Shown here one piece after another: positions 60,970-64,000 of a stretch of 64,000 nucleotides of DNA. The notes under the pieces were generated by a model. It had not been told where the DNA came from and did not search any database. It was given only the letters and a program-made list of their open reading frames with translations. The position numbers were made by a program, and so were the translations under genes. The stretch covers positions 26,908,001 through 26,972,000 of the forward strand of contig OZ116706.1 of assembly GCA_964199315.1 (NCBI GenBank), written 5' to 3'. Position 1 is the stretch's first letter. The number at the start of each line of letters is the position of its first letter. Source of the stretch: Orbicella franksi. Its lineage: Eukaryota.

Positions 60970-63424
60970 GTGAGCTACCCATTCATCTCTTGCTTAAAAT
61001 AATTTGCTAAGGACAGGAAATTATATCATAGTTACCTCGCTGTCCGTTACAAAATTTACAAAACTGTTCACTTATTGATGCATTAACTGTTAGGCCAAGC
61101 TTAACATGGGTTAACTAGATCGTAAAGTAGTCACTTTCGTTTTCAAAGTGTTGTTGAAAGCCTGCACTTATATTTCAAAGTGGATTCTTCAAATTCATTT
61201 ATTTCCCATGTGTGTTGTGTCGAACAAAAGACCGGGATAAATGTTTGCTTTGAAAACTTATCTCGTGATACAACGTCGGTGTATGTTACTATAACAGCGT
61301 AGAGGATATAACCTTTCAAAATTTTCCGTTTGTGAATATTGACGCTAATCAAAGTTTAGTTTAGTTTCCAGCCTTGAATTTTCTTGACTCTACATTGTGA
61401 ATTAACAGCCACGATTTCCAGTCAAGCTCTGCTTGCTCCTAAGCTCAGCTTACAAGAGTTAATCCTTAATTCAATTTGTTTATATCCAGCAGATCAAAAC
61501 AGAAAACATTGCTGATTTAGCTTGACCGGTTATATTTATGTAACCCGCGTGGCGCCAAATCTTTTTACACTTTTCCTGTTTCGTTCAGAGATCGTATTTA
61601 AGAATACATACCTGTCTTAGTTACGCTTCATAAGACATTGAAAGTGAAGAGCTCTTACAACGATAAATACAGGAAATCAAGTTCGTAAGTTCAGCGTGGA
61701 CACACATTTCCTCTACAAAGAAGCGCCGGACGATAAATGAGTTTCTAAGCACGAAAACTTGTTTAAGTCTGCTGCAGCTAAAAATTCTATACTTGGTCCC
61801 TTGTTACTGACTAAACCTTGTCCGGTTCGCCAATTACTGAAACAGAAAATCGACACAGTAAAAATCAAGATTGGAACATTTTCCAATATCACTTTGGTAA
61901 CCAATGAAAGCACACAGAAGAATTTTTTCAGACCGTTTCATGTTTTAGCCCCAGAACTTTAAAAAGTTTGAAAACCATCACCGAGGTGAATGGAACATCT
62001 TTGTCCGAAAATTAATGCATTCCAGACAACTCGATAAACAGTTGCCAAGTTTTAAAACAACACAGTCGAGTTAAAAAGCGATAAACTGATGCCAACATTT
62101 CTTGCGGTTAAATTGTCAAAACAGGCGAATATCATGGGAAAAATGTCATGGGAACAGACTAGAATTTTAAAGCGATCACGAAACATCATGCTATTTTTGA
62201 AACTAAATTATGGCTTCAACATTAAAAGGTCATACGTAGGTTAAAATATAGAGTTATTAACAACTTTCTCCAAAATGCTCCTTTCTATTCTCCCGGGTAT
62301 TCTTTGCTCATATGAGCCGATACTATCAATCACTCAATCTTTAGCGAGGGATTCTTGTATCGACTTATAAAAACCCGGAGATAGGTAGCGTGGTTCTGTG
62401 TTAGCATGTTCTTGCGGTCAGAGTTTTCAAGAGCTGGTTTTGTGTCAGTTTCCTGTCGTTATCAAAAATAGAAATCTCTCAAGAGCAGAGGACCTCAGGC
62501 AATTTCCTTAACAAATCAGATATTGAATCTCAAATGCCATCACGTCTTTTACTGTCAAAATGAAAGGCTGCTATGTATTTTTATAGGCTTGTTTGTTTGT
62601 TTGTTGATTTGTTTAGCCAGCTCATTCCTCAAGGTATTTCACCTTCTTCCGGAGTTTCAAAATGTCTTAGATTTAATCTTTGCCAGTTCGGAAACGAGAT
62701 ACTAAAGAAATGCAACATGAAACAACACAGCAGATTGACATTTATAGTTACACGTGTCATTTTTTCTGGCATTTGTGATCCCATAGCAACTCAGGGCATT
62801 ACAGACTGTAGTGTAATAAAAGGCAAAAGTTCTTTACCCAAGTTTTCTACTCGCGAATGATAGATGGTTCCAGCCGATTTGGCTATCACCGCCTTACAGA
62901 ACGAGGATGAGTAGTTTAATATTTTTAATTGAGAATATTTAGGGAGACATTTTTCCTCCTTATGTCCTTCCGAGCGAGCTATCGAGACAGCAATAAACTG
63001 AAAATTAGAGGCCTCAGTGTGAGTCCGCGCCAATTTGGAATCACTCTTACGATGGACTTTTCAATGACTAATTATATTACCAGCCCAAACTCCCATACGA
63101 GGGCGCTCACAATTATTTCTTAATTAATCTTGCAGACTGTCCAAATTAACCTTTAACTTTGGATAGTGTCCAAATTTTACAAGTAATCTAGATAAATCTG
63201 TACACAACATAATTAATAGTCAAGAGGGCCACATTTGAAAATAATTGGATTTCAAAATTTTGCCCGTCCTCGGAATTTTTTTTTTTTCATCCAATTAGAT
63301 CCACGTTTGACAGCATGTAGTCCTGTTACATACACTAATTATGAGTAAAATAAAATACGAAAATGTTGGGTATTGTCGTCAGCTGTGAAATGACAGCAGA
63401 AAAAAACCTTTGTCGCACTAGTAA

Positions 63425-63709
63425 GGTAAGGTTGTCGTCATAAAACTCAAGTGCCCCACCAGGCCGGAGCTTATCCCGGTTTCTGTAGCATGAAGCGACT
63501 AGGAGTATTTCTACTCCACCCTGGATGGGATGCTAGTCCATCGCAGAGTTACTCCCAGCATTAAACTCGCCGACCTGGGTGGAGCCGGAGAGGCACTATG
63601 AGAGTAAAATTTCTTGCCTAAGAACACAATAAAATGTCCCCGGTCAGAGCTCGACACTGGACCCTCAATCCAGAGGCGAGCGCACTAACCATGAGGTCAC
63701 CGCGCGTCC
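63425..63709 (-). mobile_element. tRNA-derived SINE (in Wnt2 intron 3)
   Basis: Same family as 47930..48219: ccctggatgggatgctagtccatcgcag body, gagcgcactaaccatgagg tRNA-like head, short (aaggt)n tail. Confidence 0.75.
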
Positions 63710-64000
63710 ACAACCGCACCGGTGCTTATAAGAAAACGGGGAATTATCCCCCTGCTATGAAAAGAAGTCAGAGAACAAATTAACCTGTTTCAGGCGTACC
63801 GCTGGTTGGAGAGAACCGGGAAAATAGGCGAGAAAAAGAAAGTACGGAAGGCAGCGCCTCTCTCCTCTCTCCTTTTTTTCTCTCACCGTTATGAAGCCCA
63901 TGCGCTAGTGGGGGGGGGGGGGGGGGAACAGTTGCGACATAAGCATAACGCTCTTCTTAAACTTATATTCAGTGAGGACATGGTTGGCAAAAGCATTAAG

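Noticed and set aside
62523-62705. LKCH motif as a candidate Wnt2 exon 4 (KCHG)
   Set aside because: It reads KCHHVF rather than KCHGxSGSC and lacks downstream Wnt residues; the true exon must lie beyond the window.

Overview
Eukaryotic, intron-rich animal DNA, most likely an anthozoan cnidarian (stony-coral-like); the taxon is inferred from gene content and repeat style and is not proven. Six protein-coding genes were reconstructed by hand from GT-AG splice sites with consistent reading phase. (1) A 1713-aa dystroglycan-like gene (+, 3 coding exons) with five tandem cadherin-like(CADG)+SEA-like modules and a ~149-aa Gly-rich insert in the cytoplasmic tail. (2) An 894-aa near-canonical dystroglycan (+, 3 coding exons) with ATPTP motif, Thr-rich mucin minisatellite, G/S autoproteolysis motif and PPAY tail. 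(3) A divergent single-coding-exon 948-aa dystroglycan-module protein (-) with a ~650-aa novel cytoplasmic tail. (4) An intronless GT8 (glycogenin/baculovirus-P13-like) glycosyltransferase (+). (5) ST7 (-, 18 coding exons, 548 aa). (6) The first three exons of Wnt2 (+), whose remainder lies beyond the window. Intergenic and intronic DNA carries many MITE-like and SINE-like repeats, a Penelope-like GIY-YIG remnant and several long hairpins. The main discovery candidate is the three-member dystroglycan cluster, whose paralogues appear to have partitioned the canonical dystroglycan functional motifs. The ST7-Wnt2 linkage in head-to-head orientation and the P13-like GT8 are secondary highlights. 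All family comparisons are from recalled sequences; no database search was run.
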